Shown: piece after piece, positions 1 through 8,673 of the stretch | Layout: every line of letters starts with the position of its first letter | How positions within the stretch are numbered: position 1 is the first letter of the stretch | The notes under the pieces: model-generated | The model's input: only the letters and a program-made list of their open reading frames with translations | Database searches by the model: none | What the model was told of the DNA's origin: nothing | Position numbers and translations under genes: made by a program | NCBI GenBank assembly: GCA_039794085.1 | Contig: JBDIWC010000016.1 | Coordinates: 1-64,000, forward strand | Direction: 5' to 3' | Length of the DNA stretch: 64,000 nt | DNA from: Gemmatimonadales bacterium | GTDB lineage: Bacteria; Gemmatimonadota; Gemmatimonadetes; Gemmatimonadales; GWC2-71-9

Positions 1-173
1 GGCTCTGGGGGCGGGGAGAGGGCTCCGGAGGGACAGGAACCCATGCCGAAGCCGGAAGAGCCCAACCCTGAAGTGGATGGACACGTCTGGTGAACCCGAG
101 TCAACTTGCTCCGTGGCCAAGCGGTTGGCGCCGCTTCGGCCATGCCGTTTGCACGGGAATTGGAGAAGAACCC

Positions 174-201
174 GAACTTCAAACTTCGAACTTCAAACTT
201 C
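174..201. repeat. 7-bp tandem array (GAACTTC AAACTTC)x2 overlapping the dapF 3' end
   Basis: Four RAACTTC units read directly; same unit recurs at 17425, 50018 and 50117. Confidence 0.9.
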
Positions 202-997
202 CAGAAAAGACCAGCCGACCCTCCCCCCGAAGCCATCCAACCAACGGATCTTCGCCGGTTCCGCCGGACACGGTCAGGCGGGTGCCGGAGCCGGTTTCGA
301 ATTCCATGGGCAGCCTGGCCAGACCGGCCCCCACCAGCGTGAACGCCGAGGCGACGGTCCCGGTGCCACAGGCCAGTGTTTCACCCTCGATACCACGCTC
401 GAAGGTCCGGATCTTCCACAACCCGGTGGTCCCTATGGGGCCCACGAAGTTCACATTGGTCCCCTCGGGGGCAAATTGAGGGGCCCGGCGAAGTTCGCGT
501 CCCCGAACTGCCACATCCACCTCCAGAGCGTCATCCACCAGGACAATGAGGTGAGGCACTCCGACGACCCCGAACCAGGCGTCTCTCTCCCCCTTTCCCA
601 GGGAAAGGTCCGGTTTCGGACCCGGACGAAAGGGGGGAAGCTGAATCTCTGCCAGGTTCCCATCTCCCACGCATCGGGCCTCCAGGACTCCCGAATCGGT
701 TCGGAGTCTCATCCCTTCCGGGCGGGCCATCGCAAGGCGAACGGCGAGCCGGGTGCAACAGAGGGCCGCATTTCCGCACATCGCCACCCTCCCCCCATCG
801 CTGTTCAAATAGATCATGCGGAGGTCATCTTCTTCCGGCCTCAGGATGACGAGCCCGTCTCCCCCCACACCGTTTCGGCGGTGGCAGATCGCTGCCACCC
901 GCTCCGTCGGCCACTCCTCCAGGGAGCTTTCCCGGCCGTCCAGAATCACGAAATCGTTCCCGGACCCCGACATCTTGTAGAAGGTGGTCCCGGTCAC
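179..997 (-). CDS. dapF: Diaminopimelate epimerase
   Basis: FYKMSGSGNDF, MCGNA and ERGIEGETLACGTG motifs; GTG start at 997 overlaps upstream stop (GTGA). Confidence 0.93.
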   Translation of the reverse strand: MTGTTFYKMSGSGNDFVILDGRESSLEEWPTERVAAICHRRNGVGGDGLVILRPEEDDLRMIYLNSDGGRVAMCGNAALCCTRLAVRLAMARPEGMRLRTDSGVLEARCVGDGNLAEIQLPPFRPGPKPDLSLGKGERDAWFGVVGVPHLIVLVDDALEVDVAVRGRELRRAPQFAPEGTNVNFVGPIGTTGLWKIRTFERGIEGETLACGTGTVASAFTLVGAGLARLPMEFETGSGTRLTVSGGTGEDPLVGWLRGEGRLVFSGSLKFEV

Positions 998-1746
998 AGG
1001 CGCCCCAGGAGGCTGTGGAACCGAAGCGACCAGACCATCCAGATCGCTTCCCGCACGATCTTCCGGTTCATCTTGCTCTGTCCCTCCACCCGGTCGGTGA
1101 ATACGATGGGAACCTCCGCCAGCCGGAAACCCTTCCGCCACGCGCGGTAGCTCATTTCGATCTGGAAGGCGTACCCATTCGAACGCACCCGGTTGAAGTC
1201 GATGGCCTCCAGAACCTCCCTGCGGAAGCACTTGAATCCCCCGGTCGAATCGGTCAGGGGAAGTCCCGTGATCCAGCGGGAGTAGGCATTGGCACCGATG
1301 GAGAGGAGGAGCCGGGACATCGGCCAGTTGATGACGTTGACTCCACTCTTGTAGCGCGATCCGACCACCAGATCGGCCTCGGCGGCGGCCTCGATAAGTC
1401 GCGGCAAGGTGGCGGGATCATGGGAAAAATCGGCGTCCATCTCGAAGATCAGCGAAAAGTCCCGTTCGAGGGCCCACTGAAAGCCCGCCAGGTAGGCCCG
1501 GCCGAGCCCTTCCTTGTGTGGCCGATGGAGTACGTGCACCCGGGACATCGCCGAGGCGAGCATGTCGGCCATTTTCCCGGTGCCGTCCGGGGAGTTGTCA
1601 TCGACCACCAGCACCTCGATCCGCTGGTCCTGGGAGAGGATCATGGGGACGATCTGACTCAGGTTCTGGCTCTCGTTGTAGGTCGGCAGCACCACGAGGA
1701 AGCGCTCCGCGGTCGTCGGCAACGGCACCGTGAACGCTCCGGTCAT
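994..1746 (-). CDS. Polyprenol-phosphate mannose synthase-like GT2 (Dpm1/Ppm1 type)
   Basis: PTYNE, VVDDNSPDGT, GLGRAY, EMDADFSHDP, GYAFQIEM, EVPIVFTDR motifs. Confidence 0.88.
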   Translation of the reverse strand: MTGAFTVPLPTTAERFLVVLPTYNESQNLSQIVPMILSQDQRIEVLVVDDNSPDGTGKMADMLASAMSRVHVLHRPHKEGLGRAYLAGFQWALERDFSLIFEMDADFSHDPATLPRLIEAAAEADLVVGSRYKSGVNVINWPMSRLLLSIGANAYSRWITGLPLTDSTGGFKCFRREVLEAIDFNRVRSNGYAFQIEMSYRAWRKGFRLAEVPIVFTDRVEGQSKMNRKIVREAIWMVWSLRFHSLLGRL

Positions 1747-4121
1747 GACCCGGAACTCACGGTATGATCCTCCCGCTTCCGGATGGCCGGAACCAGGACC
1801 AGGGCCCCGATCATCGCCAGAGAGAGGAGACTGATGGTGCGTCCCAGCCGGTAGCGCGCGGAGGCGGTGAACGTGAGGGTGACATTCGATGCCCCGGGAG
1901 GGAGCACCACGCTCAGGAGGGCTCCGTTCGCCCGATGCACCGGAACCTCCTTCCCGTCCACCCTGGCCTTCCAGTCGGGGTACCAGTTTTCAGCGGCGAG
2001 GAGATAGACCGGTTCCTCGCTCCGGCCCTCCAGCGCGATGTTCATGTATCCCGGACGCCACTCCACCAGGCGCGCGGACACGGGCACCGGGTCGGGCACC
2101 TGAGCGCCGAGCGGGGCCGGATCGACCGAGGTGGTGTCGGAATACAGGACCACGCGATCGACCGGGAATCGGGCATCGAGAATGGTCGGGGCGATCTGGG
2201 CCTCGGGGAGCTTGGCCGCCCCGGGAACGACGCGAACCCAGGGGGGGGTGCTGTCGGCCTCGAGGAGGACCCCCTGCCCTCCGGACTTGACCTGCGCCGG
2301 GCCGACCACCTGATGATACCCGGGAATCTCCTGGGCTTCGGCCAGCAGGATGAACCGGACGGCGTAGAGGTCCCAGATGTTGGCACTGACCTGTCCGCCC
2401 CACACATTCTTCCCGCCCAGCAATTCGTCGAACGCATTCAACTCGTTGCCGTGGTAGCCCAGGAGCGTGGGGATCTCGTACGCCATGAGCCACGACTTGC
2501 CATGGTACACCCCGGCCCCCGCATAGGCTCCGGCCGGATCCCAGGCCCGGAACGGCAGCGGGGCCTGTCGCATCGTGGCGGTCAGCTGGTCGTCGCCGTA
2601 GGTGATGGATGCGGGTGGCTGGAAGGTGAAGAACCGGCGATCGACGCTCCAGAGATCAACCAGGACGGCGAGCAGGAGAAGCGCCAGACCCGACTGGCCC
2701 CGCAGCGCGCCGCGAGCCACCCCGAGGAGCACCGCACCTCCGGCGAGCATGATCACCACCAGGCGAAGGCTGCCGTCCCTGAGTGCGTCCGCATTGGCAA
2801 TGACCCGCGTGAGGGCGTCCGGCCGGGCGAGTCCCTCCGCGATCGGCTGGAGAATTCCGAGGACGCCGAGCAGCCCGACCGCGAGGAGGGGAATCCCCCA
2901 CGCCAGGACCCTCCGGGGCGACACCGCCGAGCGCAGCAGCGCCTCCGCACCGAACGCGGCGAAGAGGGACACCACGAAGGAGACCAGGAAGAAGGCCATG
3001 CCGGGGGCGCGCACCGTCTTCATCATGGGGACGAACTCGTACCAGAGCCGGTAGAACGGAGTGTGCCCTCCGAGTGCCACGAGAAGGAAGAGACCCGCGA
3101 TTCCCCCCAGGGCCATCTTGAGGGAGCGCCGGCCGGGTGACATCACCCCGATGCCCGCCAGCACCACGACGATGGCGCCGAGGTATTCCGTGTGGAGCTT
3201 GAGCCCATTGCGGCCCCAGTACGCCTCGATCACGCCGTTGAACTGCGGCAGGATCGTGGACATGATCTCCTCGGGAGGCATGGAAAAGCCGGTGGCATAC
3301 TCGTAGCCGGCGCTGGGGCCCCCTGCCCCGCGGGGGGAGAAGGGGAGGTACTCCAGCGCCGGGAGGAGTTGAATGGAATAGAGCCCGACGCCCAGGAGGA
3401 CGGCGAGGGTCGCCAGTCCGAGAGCACCCGCGGTGTTCGTGGAGCGTCGCGCGGGGCGGTCCGGGTCGAGGAAGAGGAGGTACAGCGTCCAGAGGCCTGC
3501 GGCAATGAGCAGGTAGGTGCTGAGCTGGGGATGCCCGTGCAGGGAAAGGCCGGCGGCGAGCGCGGCGATTCCGAACCCTTCGAGGCGCCGGTGCCGGATG
3601 CCCCGCAGAAGCCCCAGGAAGAGGAGCGGGGTGAGGGCGGTGACGAAGAGCTTTCCGTCATGACCGGGTTGCACCAGGGACGCGGTCATCCCCGACAACT
3701 GAAAGGCGAGGCCACCGGCGAGGGCGCCCCCGAAGGAGAGACCCAGACTCCGCAGGAGTCCGTAGGCGAACCACCCCGCCAAGACCAGATGCAGGTAGAA
3801 GCCCAGGTTCATCGCCGTGCCGGTCGGGAGGATCCAGCGGAGCCAGGCGGTGGGGTAGAAGATGTCGCCGTGCATCCCCCCGACGAACGGCAGTCCTCCG
3901 AGAATGAAGGGGTTCCAGAGGGGAATCGACCCCGTTTCGCGGAATGCCTCGGCCCCGAAGAGCCGGAACCCGTAGCCCGCGATGTACTGGTCGCTGTGAG
4001 GCCCGGCCAGGAATGCGTCGCCGAGCATCGGCCAGCAGAGGGTCAGCGCGGTCAGGGCGAAGAGGGCGCCGGCTCGAAGCCAGGAGAGACGAGGCAGCGC
4101 GCCCGAGTGCGAATCAACCAT
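1743..4121 (-). CDS. YfhO-like multi-pass membrane protein (putative GT-C glycosyltransferase)
   Basis: PLWNP..GGLPF N-terminal motif, many TM segments, periplasmic C-terminal domain with ENWYPDWKARVDG and final TM; start set at ATG 4121 overlapping upstream stop. Confidence 0.72.
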   Translation of the reverse strand: MVDSHSGALPRLSWLRAGALFALTALTLCWPMLGDAFLAGPHSDQYIAGYGFRLFGAEAFRETGSIPLWNPFILGGLPFVGGMHGDIFYPTAWLRWILPTGTAMNLGFYLHLVLAGWFAYGLLRSLGLSFGGALAGGLAFQLSGMTASLVQPGHDGKLFVTALTPLLFLGLLRGIRHRRLEGFGIAALAAGLSLHGHPQLSTYLLIAAGLWTLYLLFLDPDRPARRSTNTAGALGLATLAVLLGVGLYSIQLLPALEYLPFSPRGAGGPSAGYEYATGFSMPPEEIMSTILPQFNGVIEAYWGRNGLKLHTEYLGAIVVVLAGIGVMSPGRRSLKMALGGIAGLFLLVALGGHTPFYRLWYEFVPMMKTVRAPGMAFFLVSFVVSLFAAFGAEALLRSAVSPRRVLAWGIPLLAVGLLGVLGILQPIAEGLARPDALTRVIANADALRDGSLRLVVIMLAGGAVLLGVARGALRGQSGLALLLLAVLVDLWSVDRRFFTFQPPASITYGDDQLTATMRQAPLPFRAWDPAGAYAGAGVYHGKSWLMAYEIPTLLGYHGNELNAFDELLGGKNVWGGQVSANIWDLYAVRFILLAEAQEIPGYHQVVGPAQVKSGGQGVLLEADSTPPWVRVVPGAAKLPEAQIAPTILDARFPVDRVVLYSDTTSVDPAPLGAQVPDPVPVSARLVEWRPGYMNIALEGRSEEPVYLLAAENWYPDWKARVDGKEVPVHRANGALLSVVLPPGASNVTLTFTASARYRLGRTISLLSLAMIGALVLVPAIRKREDHTVSSGS

Positions 4122-5043
4122 GAGGGGGTATCCGTGGGGCGCGGACCAGGAGGAATGGCAGGGCGGCACCGAGTTCGGTCAGGGTCAGGGTCAACCGGGA
4201 TGCACCGGCCAGGGCGAGGGCAGGTCCTGCTCCGATCGGTTCCCGGAGCATGGCGAACAGAACTCCCTCGCGGAAACCCACGCCGCCGGGTGCGGGGCTC
4301 AGGAAGCCCGCCAGATACGATGCGGCCCAGGCCCCGATCGCCGTTCCCGGAGTGAGTTCGGAGCCCGGCAGCGTCCCCATGGCCAGAAGCCAGAGGGCCA
4401 GTCCATAGCCGGTCCAGGCGATGCTGTGGGCGACAAGGGCGCGGGCCACCACCGCCAGTCCGGGCGAGGGGACATCGGTGCCCGGGGTCACCCGTCTCCC
4501 CACCCATCGAGGGATGGCCGGTGTGCTGACGGCCACGATCGCGGTCGCACTTGCGGACAGCAACAGGATTATGCCGGTCCACCCGAAGGGAACCTGCTCC
4601 ACCGTGCCGGCCACAAGCGCGGTGACGGCGACCACGGCGGCTCCCGTCCCGAGGGAAATGATCTGAAGCAGAATCGCGGACCCGGTGGCGGCCCACGCTG
4701 CCACTCCGGAACTCCGGGCCAGGACCGCCATTCCGGTGATCGTCCAGATCTTCCCGGGGATGTAGCGTCCGAGGCTCGACAGCATCCAGATCCGGGCTGC
4801 CTCCCGCCGGGGGAGGTGGGTCTCGGCGCCATTCCACTGGACCACGACTTGCCGCCAGTTGAGGATCAGGAGTCCATACATGGCCCAGACCAGGAGGACG
4901 CTGGCGATGACGGGGAGTGGCCGGAGGAGGATGTCCACCTCGGCGCCGCGGATCTCATCCCAGTGGCGGATGAGCGCTCGCGCCACTCCCACGGTGATGA
5001 TCACCGCAAGGGCCCAACGCAACCACCTCCAGCGCTTACTCAC
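4114..5043 (-). CDS. Lysylphosphatidylglycerol-synthase-TM / flippase-like membrane protein
   Basis: Highly hydrophobic; LGRYIPGKIW and PGGVGFREG motifs. Confidence 0.75.
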   Translation of the reverse strand: MSKRWRWLRWALAVIITVGVARALIRHWDEIRGAEVDILLRPLPVIASVLLVWAMYGLLILNWRQVVVQWNGAETHLPRREAARIWMLSSLGRYIPGKIWTITGMAVLARSSGVAAWAATGSAILLQIISLGTGAAVVAVTALVAGTVEQVPFGWTGIILLLSASATAIVAVSTPAIPRWVGRRVTPGTDVPSPGLAVVARALVAHSIAWTGYGLALWLLAMGTLPGSELTPGTAIGAWAASYLAGFLSPAPGGVGFREGVLFAMLREPIGAGPALALAGASRLTLTLTELGAALPFLLVRAPRIPPHG

Positions 5044-6187
5044 GAGGCAGAGTGCTCCGGTAGACCTCCTCGAATCGCTCCGCGATGGCGGCCGGCGCGA
5101 GGGTTGCCCGCCAGGTTGCTCCGAGAAGCTTGGCGGCGCGCGGAGACCGGGGGTCGTCGAGGAGATCGGTGATGCCCCGGGCCACGCCCGCGGGGTCCGG
5201 CGTCACCACGCGGCCGGCTCCCTCCTCCGGTACGATGTCCAGCAGGCCTCCCCCGTCGCGGCATGCCACCACCGGTACCCCGGCCATGAGCGCTTCGGCG
5301 GCCGACAATCCGAAGCCCTCGTCGTGTCCGAGAGCCGCACTCCACTGCGCCGACTGGTACTCCCTTCGCGCGACGGCGGGAGGAAGCATGCCGAGAAAGT
5401 GCACCGACCCCCCGAGCCCTGCCTCCTCCACCTGGCGCCGGAGGGATGCCTCCTCCGATCCCGCACCGACCAGGCGCAGATCGAGGGAACGTCCCTCGCG
5501 CCGGAGGAGGGTGAGAGCGTCAATGAGGAGATCGAGTCGCTTCTGCCGGGTCAACCGGGACACGACGACTCCGCCGTGTCGTGGTGGGGTCACGGCGGGA
5601 GAGGACTCGTCACCGGCCATGGGCATGGGGATGACGTGTGCCGCGGGGATCGGTCGTCCGCAGGAAGTTTCCACGACCCGGGAGAGTGCCCGGGAGACGG
5701 TGGTGACCGCGGTCGCGCGGCGGACGACGCGGCGGCCCAGCATGCGGGCGGGAGCGCTGCGCACCAGCAGGCGGCCATCGGTCCCATGGATGGTGAGCAC
5801 GAACGGACGCCGGGGAGGAACCGAGAGACCGGCCGGAATCCACCAGTGGGCGTGGAGTATCGTCTGGGGATCGGGTGCGTGGTGCCGCGCCGCTGCCCGG
5901 AGCCGGGCCCAGAGGCCGACCAGGGCGAGGAGGCCCGCGGGAGATCGGAGGGTGGCCTGCATGCGCCCCGACCCGGCCCAGGTCTCGTTTCCGGCCCAAC
6001 TATACCGGATCCGGTGCACCGTCACGCCGTCTTCCCGTGCCGATCCTCCCCGCCCCTCATGGGCCGGCGTGATCACGGAGATTCGGTGTCCGCGGTCGGC
6101 GAGGGCATGCGCCAGCGGGACCAGAAAATTTCCGGCGATGTCTCCGGGCCACCGAGGCCAGTTGTGGGTCAGGAACACGACGTCCAC
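5036..6187 (-). CDS. Glycosyltransferase family 4 (GT-B)
   Basis: HAHWWIP, HGTD, RLTRQKR, EGFGLSAAEALMAGVPVV motifs. Confidence 0.88.
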   Translation of the reverse strand: MDVVFLTHNWPRWPGDIAGNFLVPLAHALADRGHRISVITPAHEGRGGSAREDGVTVHRIRYSWAGNETWAGSGRMQATLRSPAGLLALVGLWARLRAAARHHAPDPQTILHAHWWIPAGLSVPPRRPFVLTIHGTDGRLLVRSAPARMLGRRVVRRATAVTTVSRALSRVVETSCGRPIPAAHVIPMPMAGDESSPAVTPPRHGGVVVSRLTRQKRLDLLIDALTLLRREGRSLDLRLVGAGSEEASLRRQVEEAGLGGSVHFLGMLPPAVARREYQSAQWSAALGHDEGFGLSAAEALMAGVPVVACRDGGGLLDIVPEEGAGRVVTPDPAGVARGITDLLDDPRSPRAAKLLGATWRATLAPAAIAERFEEVYRSTLPRE

Positions 6188-6190
6188 GGC

Positions 6191-7156
6191 TCATTCGGCC
6201 GGCGGGGAATGTCGCGCTTCGGTCAACTGGCGCGCGAGTTCCCGGGAATCGTCTCGCATCCCCGCCACCAGTTCGCCGAGGAAACCGAATCCGAACAGCA
6301 CGATGCCGCTGATCACCATCGTCTCCACCAGGTTCAGCAGGGGCCGGAACCCTATGCCGTAGCCGAATCGGAGCACGAGGGCCACGATCCCGGCCAGCAG
6401 TCCGACCAGGAAGAGGATGGCACCGGCCACGCCAAAGAACATCATCGGTTTCCGCCCGAACCGGAGCTGGAACCAGACCGAGAGAAGGTCGAGCACACCG
6501 ACCGGGATCCGGGTCCAGGTGAACTTGGAGACACCGTGTGCCCGGGGATAGAGGGGGATGGGTCGGGACGTGAGCCGGAACCCCTCGGCCACAGCGATCA
6601 CCACCATATAGCGGTGCCAGTCGGGACGGAGCGGCACCACGTGCATCACCTCATGCCGATAGGCCTTGACCGAGTTGAGATCCTCCACCTTGACGCCGAA
6701 GAGCCGGCGGCAGAGACCATTGTAGACCCGCGACACGAAGGCCTTCTCGTAATGGCCCTGCCGGGTTCCCGTGACGATGTCCGCTTCCCCTCGCAGGATC
6801 GGGTGGACCAGAGTCGGGATGTCCTCGGGACGGTACTGCAGATCGGCGGGATAGAACACCAGCACGTCGCCGGCCGAGGCGGCTCCCCCGGTGCGGAGGG
6901 CCTCGGCGATGCCGCATTGCCGCCGATGCGTCACGGTCCGCAGAAAGGGGTAGGTCCCGGCCAGGGAGCGGAGGACGGCGGGGGTGTCGTCACGAGATCC
7001 GTCGTCGATGACGATCACCTCGAAGGAAAATCCAGCGCCGGGGAGAACCGCCGCGCACTGCCGGAGCAGCTCCGGGAGGTTGGCGGCCTCATCCTTGGCG
7101 GGGATCAGGATGCTGACCTCCGTCCGATCGGGGAGGGGGTGGGGGGGGGAGGTCAT
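6191..7156 (-). CDS. GT2 with two C-terminal TM helices (ArnC/GtrB-like)
   Basis: IPAKDE, IDDGSRD, ADLQY motifs plus hydrophobic C-terminus. Confidence 0.85.
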   Translation of the reverse strand: MTSPPHPLPDRTEVSILIPAKDEAANLPELLRQCAAVLPGAGFSFEVIVIDDGSRDDTPAVLRSLAGTYPFLRTVTHRRQCGIAEALRTGGAASAGDVLVFYPADLQYRPEDIPTLVHPILRGEADIVTGTRQGHYEKAFVSRVYNGLCRRLFGVKVEDLNSVKAYRHEVMHVVPLRPDWHRYMVVIAVAEGFRLTSRPIPLYPRAHGVSKFTWTRIPVGVLDLLSVWFQLRFGRKPMMFFGVAGAILFLVGLLAGIVALVLRFGYGIGFRPLLNLVETMVISGIVLFGFGFLGELVAGMRDDSRELARQLTEARHSPPAE

Positions 7157-8673
7157 ACCCGCTTCCGCATGCGGGCCGGAAGGACACCGAGCTGGTCGCG
7201 GTACTTGGCCACGGTGCGCCGGGCGATCTGGATGCCCTGTTCCTGGAAGAGGTGGACGATCTGCTGGTCGGTCAGGGGCTTCGCGGGGTTCTCCTCCGCC
7301 ACCATCTTCTGCAGCTTGGCCCGGATGGACCGGGCGCTGGCGTCCTCTCCGGAGGCGGTGGAGAGGGCACTGGAGAAGAAGAACTTCAGGGGCAGCACGC
7401 CGCGGGGAGTCTGCACGTACTTCTCATTGGTCACCCGGCTCACCGTTGATTCGTGCATGCTGATCACCTCGGCCACCTCCCGGAGGGTCAGAGGCTTCAG
7501 ATACTCCACCCCTTTCTCGAAGAAGGCCCGCTGCCGGTCGACGATGAAGTTCATCACCTTCAACATGGTCTGCCGGCGCTGTTCAATCGCCTGGATCATC
7601 CAACTCGCCGAGTTCATCCGCTGGCTGATGAACTCCTTGTTCTCGGCGGTCATCTTGCTGCGGTCCCGTGCGATGTCCTGGTAGGACCGGCTGAGGCGGA
7701 GCCGCGGAATGCCGGTATCGTTGAGGGACACATGATACACGCCGTCGACCCGGTCCACGATCAGGTCGGGAATGATGTACCCGTCGCCCCGGTCCGATTG
7801 GGACAGGCCCGGCTTCGGATCGTAGCGGGAGAGAGTATCGGCCGCGGCCTGCACGTCTCCCGGTTCGACCCCGAATTTCTTGGCGAGATCGTTCCACCGG
7901 TGGGCGATCAGATCCGGGAAGGCTTCCTCCACCATGGTCCGGGCCAGCTCATTGCGATTGGGGTCCCGCGCGATCTGCAACCGGAGGCACTCCTGCAGGT
8001 CGCGGGCCCCGACCCCGGCCGGATCGAGGCCCTGGAAGATCTGCAGAAAGTCCTCGATCTCCTCCCGGACAAACCGCGGCATGGGCGTGGAAGGGTCCGC
8101 CTCCGTGGCCCCGGCGTGGCTGTCTTCTTCGTCGCCCTCGTCCTCGTTCTCGTCTGAATCCGCGGGCTGCCGGGATTCGGCGTACAGGGCGAGAAGTTGG
8201 TTGACCGATTCCTGGATCTCCTCGACGGTGGCGGTCAGGTATCCTTCGTCATTCAGTGCTCCCAGGAACTCCTCGCAGAGGAGTTGCTGACGGGGGGTGA
8301 GCGACAGGAACTGGAGCTGTTCGCGGAGGTGGTCCACCAGGTTCGGGGTTTCGACGCACACCGGCTCCAGATATTCCTGCACCTCAGTCTGGGCCTTGGT
8401 CCCCCCCACATCGAAGCCGTTGAGGAGGATCTCCTCCCAGTCGATCTCATCCTCGCGCTCCGCCTTCTCCTTTTCCTGATCCGCGGTGGGCTCCTCCCGG
8501 TCCTCCTCCTCGGGCTCCATCAGCTCCAGGAAGGGGTTGATCATGATCTCCTGCTTGAGGTGTTGCTGCAGGTCCATCATGGGCATGTACAGCATGTCCA
8601 TCGCCTGGTAGAGGCGTGGATTGATCCGGAGTTCCTGCCGGAGGCCAGTGTGCTGCGAGAGGCCAGTCTTCAC
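7153..8673 (-). CDS. rpoN: RNA polymerase sigma-54 factor
   Basis: HESTVSRV helix-turn-helix and RpoN box ARRTVAKYR. Confidence 0.97.
   Translation of the reverse strand: MKTGLSQHTGLRQELRINPRLYQAMDMLYMPMMDLQQHLKQEIMINPFLELMEPEEEDREEPTADQEKEKAEREDEIDWEEILLNGFDVGGTKAQTEVQEYLEPVCVETPNLVDHLREQLQFLSLTPRQQLLCEEFLGALNDEGYLTATVEEIQESVNQLLALYAESRQPADSDENEDEGDEEDSHAGATEADPSTPMPRFVREEIEDFLQIFQGLDPAGVGARDLQECLRLQIARDPNRNELARTMVEEAFPDLIAHRWNDLAKKFGVEPGDVQAAADTLSRYDPKPGLSQSDRGDGYIIPDLIVDRVDGVYHVSLNDTGIPRLRLSRSYQDIARDRSKMTAENKEFISQRMNSASWMIQAIEQRRQTMLKVMNFIVDRQRAFFEKGVEYLKPLTLREVAEVISMHESTVSRVTNEKYVQTPRGVLPLKFFFSSALSTASGEDASARSIRAKLQKMVAEENPAKPLTDQQIVHLFQEQGIQIARRTVAKYRDQLGVLPARMRKRV

Noticed and set aside
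1..173. Possible gene start or sigma-54 promoter downstream of dapF
   Set aside because: The GG...GC spacing at 138-152 is 11 rather than 10, and the minus-strand ATGs give no recognisable protein before the window edge
7141..7149. G9 tract at the 5' end of the GT2 gene as a phase-variation switch
   Set aside because: Equal or longer tracts occur in core genes here (C10 in mqnC at 20410-20419 and fabH at 26626-26635), so it is not distinctive without read data
4859..7684. 941-aa plus-strand ORF and other long antisense ORFs (e.g. 38314-40431, 50928-53513, 54556-56442)
   Set aside because: They lie opposite well-supported genes and have no motifs; typical shadow ORFs in GC-rich DNA
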